Shown here: positions 15,313 through 17,385 of the stretch, piece by piece
Position numbering within the stretch: position 1 is the stretch's first letter
Layout of the letters: each line of letters starts with the position of its first letter
DNA from: an uncultured Fibrobacterales bacterium
GTDB taxonomy: Bacteria; Fibrobacterota; Fibrobacteria; Fibrobacterales; CAWVXU01
Direction of reading: 5' to 3'
Assembly (NCBI GenBank): GCA_963934255.1
Contig: CAWVXU010000058.1
Location: 1 to 17,385 of the forward strand
DNA: 17,385 nt
Program-made: the position numbers and the translations under genes
The notes under the pieces: model-generated
What the model was told of the DNA's origin: nothing
What the model saw: the letters and a program-made list of their open reading frames with translations, nothing else
Database searches by the model: none

Positions 15313-17385
15313 ATGCTAAAACATCTCTTGTTACTTCTAATAATCTGCTTCTCTTCGACAGTTTTTTCTCAGGGAAAACTAAAGGTATTTATTCTTGCTG
15401 GTCAGTCCAATGCAGAAGGACATGGGGATCTTGGCCCTGTGACTACGGCAGGCACCTTGGAACATTTTTATGCCAACAGACAAGGTAATGAGTTTGATTT
15501 CATAAAAGACAATAACAGTAATTGGGCAACTAGATCAGATGTCTGGGTGCGGTATGATACTGAATCTAACGGATTATTAGCCGATAATTTGAAGGTAGGT
15601 TATGGTGGCTGGTCTCAGCAGATCGGCCCCGAATATGGAATGGGACATGCTTTGGGGGAACATTTTAATGATCAAGTGCTTATCATTAAAACAGCTTGGG
15701 GAGGCAAAAGTTTGGCGGTTGATTTCAGACCACCGAGTGCGGGAGGAACTACAGGTCCTTACTACACTACAATGATGAATGATATCAAAGCGTCAATGAA
15801 TAACATTGCTACTGAGTTTCCAGGGTATAATGGAGAAACGATAGAGATAGCAGGTTTTGTTTGGTTTCAAGGATGGAACGATGGAGGAAGTGATGCACAC
15901 AAAGCGGAGTATGAAAGTAACTTACTCAATCTAATTAAAGATGTTCCAGTAGATCTAAATGTACCAGATTTACCAATTTTAGTTGGATTAACAGGAAACG
16001 GTGGCCGCGACACGACCACTTCTGATGGGTGGGTAAAAGGGCTTCAAACCAAGATCGTTCCAGCGCAAATTGGTGCAGTTCAATCTACACCTCACTCTGT
16101 CATTGATTATGCTGAAACTCGTGATTTTTGGATAGAGCCATCAAATTCGCCGGGAAATGGTCTCCACCATTGGAACAATAATGCTCAGAGTTATCTGCGC
16201 ATTGGAGATGAATTTGGGAAAAAGATGATAGAACTAATTGAGGGAAAGGCCACGGCTCCTGAAGGAAAGTTGAAGATTTATATCCTTGCTGGGCAGTCTA
16301 ACATGGAAGGTCATGGGAAAATATCAGCTGATCAGAACATGTTGACCAAAAATGGAGGAATGGGGAGTTTGGATTACACAATTCAAAACGATAACAACAA
16401 CACCTTTTCACATCTTAAAGACAGTGGTGGGAACTATAAAATACGCGATGATGTCTGGGTATATTACAAAAGAGGTGGCACGACGGAATTGAAAGGTGAT
16501 TTATCAACGCAATATGGTTCGGATCCAACTAACATAGGTCCAGAACTCCAGTTTGGTCACCTAATGGGAGATCATCACGGCGAACAAGTACTTATTATAA
16601 AAACTGCTTGGGGTGGTAAAAGCCTGGCCAATGACTTTCTTCCTCCAAGCTCTGTCAGTCCTGCGGGTTATGCCTCTGTACCAACAGTAGATGGGGATCC
16701 TGGTTTCTACTTCATGGAAACGATTAGGATTGTGAACGATGTCCTTACCAACCTAGAGACCCACTTCCCGGGTTATGATGGGAATGGATATGAGCTTGCA
16801 GGTTTTGGTTGGCATCAGGGTTGGAACGATGTGATTGACGCAAATAGCGTTAATGCCTACGAATCAAACATGAGAAACTTCATACTTGATGTAAGAGATT
16901 CCCTTGGAGTTCCCAAGCTACCTTTTGTTGTTGGGCTGAGTGGAATGCATGGACCCTTAAGTAATTTTGAGGGACAATATTACGAAGGCCGTGTTGTAGG
17001 ATTATGGAATGCACAATTTGCTATGGCCGATTATACAAAGTATCCTGATTTTGCTGATAATGTAACTACCGTGGATACCAGAGATTATTGGAGAAGCGGT
17101 GCGAATTCCCCTTCGAGTCAAGAATACCACTGGCACGGTAATGCAGAAACCTATTTTTGGATTGGCGATGCCATGGCTAAAGGAATGCAAGGACTTTCAG
17201 GAAACACGCAAGAAGAATGTAATGGAATACCTGAGGGCTATATTTATCTGGGTGATGAAGGTGATACGAAAACGCTACCTTCCACAAGTGATGTGGCGTA
17301 TGGTCACGGTTGTGAGTTTACTTACTTGTATAATGTTTCAGGGAGTGTTGCTATAAACAATGGTACTTTTGGTGGAGACCCTGCA
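15313..17385 (+). CDS. Secreted tandem sialate O-acetylesterase-like (SASA/SGNH) protein, 3'-truncated by the window
   Basis: Open frame from ATG 15313 (AAGGA RBS) to the window end. Signal peptide MLKHLLLLLIICFSSTVFSQ. Two domains each carry ILAGQSN (15400, 16291), IGPE, IIKTAWGGKSL, W.QGWND and a C-terminal HW..NA (16168, 17128). Not in the ORF track because it has no stop in the window. Confidence 0.9.
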   Translation, partial: MLKHLLLLLIICFSSTVFSQGKLKVFILAGQSNAEGHGDLGPVTTAGTLEHFYANRQGNEFDFIKDNNSNWATRSDVWVRYDTESNGLLADNLKVGYGGWSQQIGPEYGMGHALGEHFNDQVLIIKTAWGGKSLAVDFRPPSAGGTTGPYYTTMMNDIKASMNNIATEFPGYNGETIEIAGFVWFQGWNDGGSDAHKAEYESNLLNLIKDVPVDLNVPDLPILVGLTGNGGRDTTTSDGWVKGLQTKIVPAQIGAVQSTPHSVIDYAETRDFWIEPSNSPGNGLHHWNNNAQSYLRIGDEFGKKMIELIEGKATAPEGKLKIYILAGQSNMEGHGKISADQNMLTKNGGMGSLDYTIQNDNNNTFSHLKDSGGNYKIRDDVWVYYKRGGTTELKGDLSTQYGSDPTNIGPELQFGHLMGDHHGEQVLIIKTAWGGKSLANDFLPPSSVSPAGYASVPTVDGDPGFYFMETIRIVNDVLTNLETHFPGYDGNGYELAGFGWHQGWNDVIDANSVNAYESNMRNFILDVRDSLGVPKLPFVVGLSGMHGPLSNFEGQYYEGRVVGLWNAQFAMADYTKYPDFADNVTTVDTRDYWRSGANSPSSQEYHWHGNAETYFWIGDAMAKGMQGLSGNTQEECNGIPEGYIYLGDEGDTKTLPSTSDVAYGHGCEFTYLYNVSGSVAINNGTFGGDPA

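Noticed and set aside
11292..17356. Short ORFs 11292-11573, 11982-12230, 13651-14013, 14050-14283, 14289-14483, 14495-14722, 14505-14711, 17002-17190 and 17099-17356
   Set aside because: Antisense or alternative-frame shadows within long, motif-supported CDSs.

Overview
AT-rich bacterial accessory region, probably from a Fibrobacterota-like genome (inferred from a TIGR02147-family gene with its partner lipoprotein and a Fibrobacter-style C-terminal domain). In order it contains: (1) the 3' part of a protein with YQDTTT repeats and a 4-Cys Kazal-like domain that the ORF track missed; (2) a decayed IS3; (3) a cNMP-binding-domain/methylglyoxal synthase fusion; (4) a solitary attC-like hairpin with an IS3-truncated cassette ORF remnant; (5) a second IS3 remnant; (6) a KefG/KefB-like glutathione-gated K+ efflux pair; (7) an AraC helix-turn-helix (HTH) fragment; (8) a low-GC Crp/Fnr-DoxX-Fer4_19-OsmC-lipoprotein cluster; (9) a 204-bp IS3-derived MITE-like element; (10) the TIGR02147 + lipoprotein pair; (11) a divergent run of exported proteins: a LamG-like protein, an Asp-rich TSP3-like repeat protein, an M66 metallopeptidase lipoprotein and a tandem-SASA esterase that runs off the window end and is also absent from the ORF track. 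The best candidate for an undescribed system is a cyclic-nucleotide-gated methylglyoxal synthase next to the Kef channel that protects against methylglyoxal. All family calls come from motif recognition by eye; no database searches were run.
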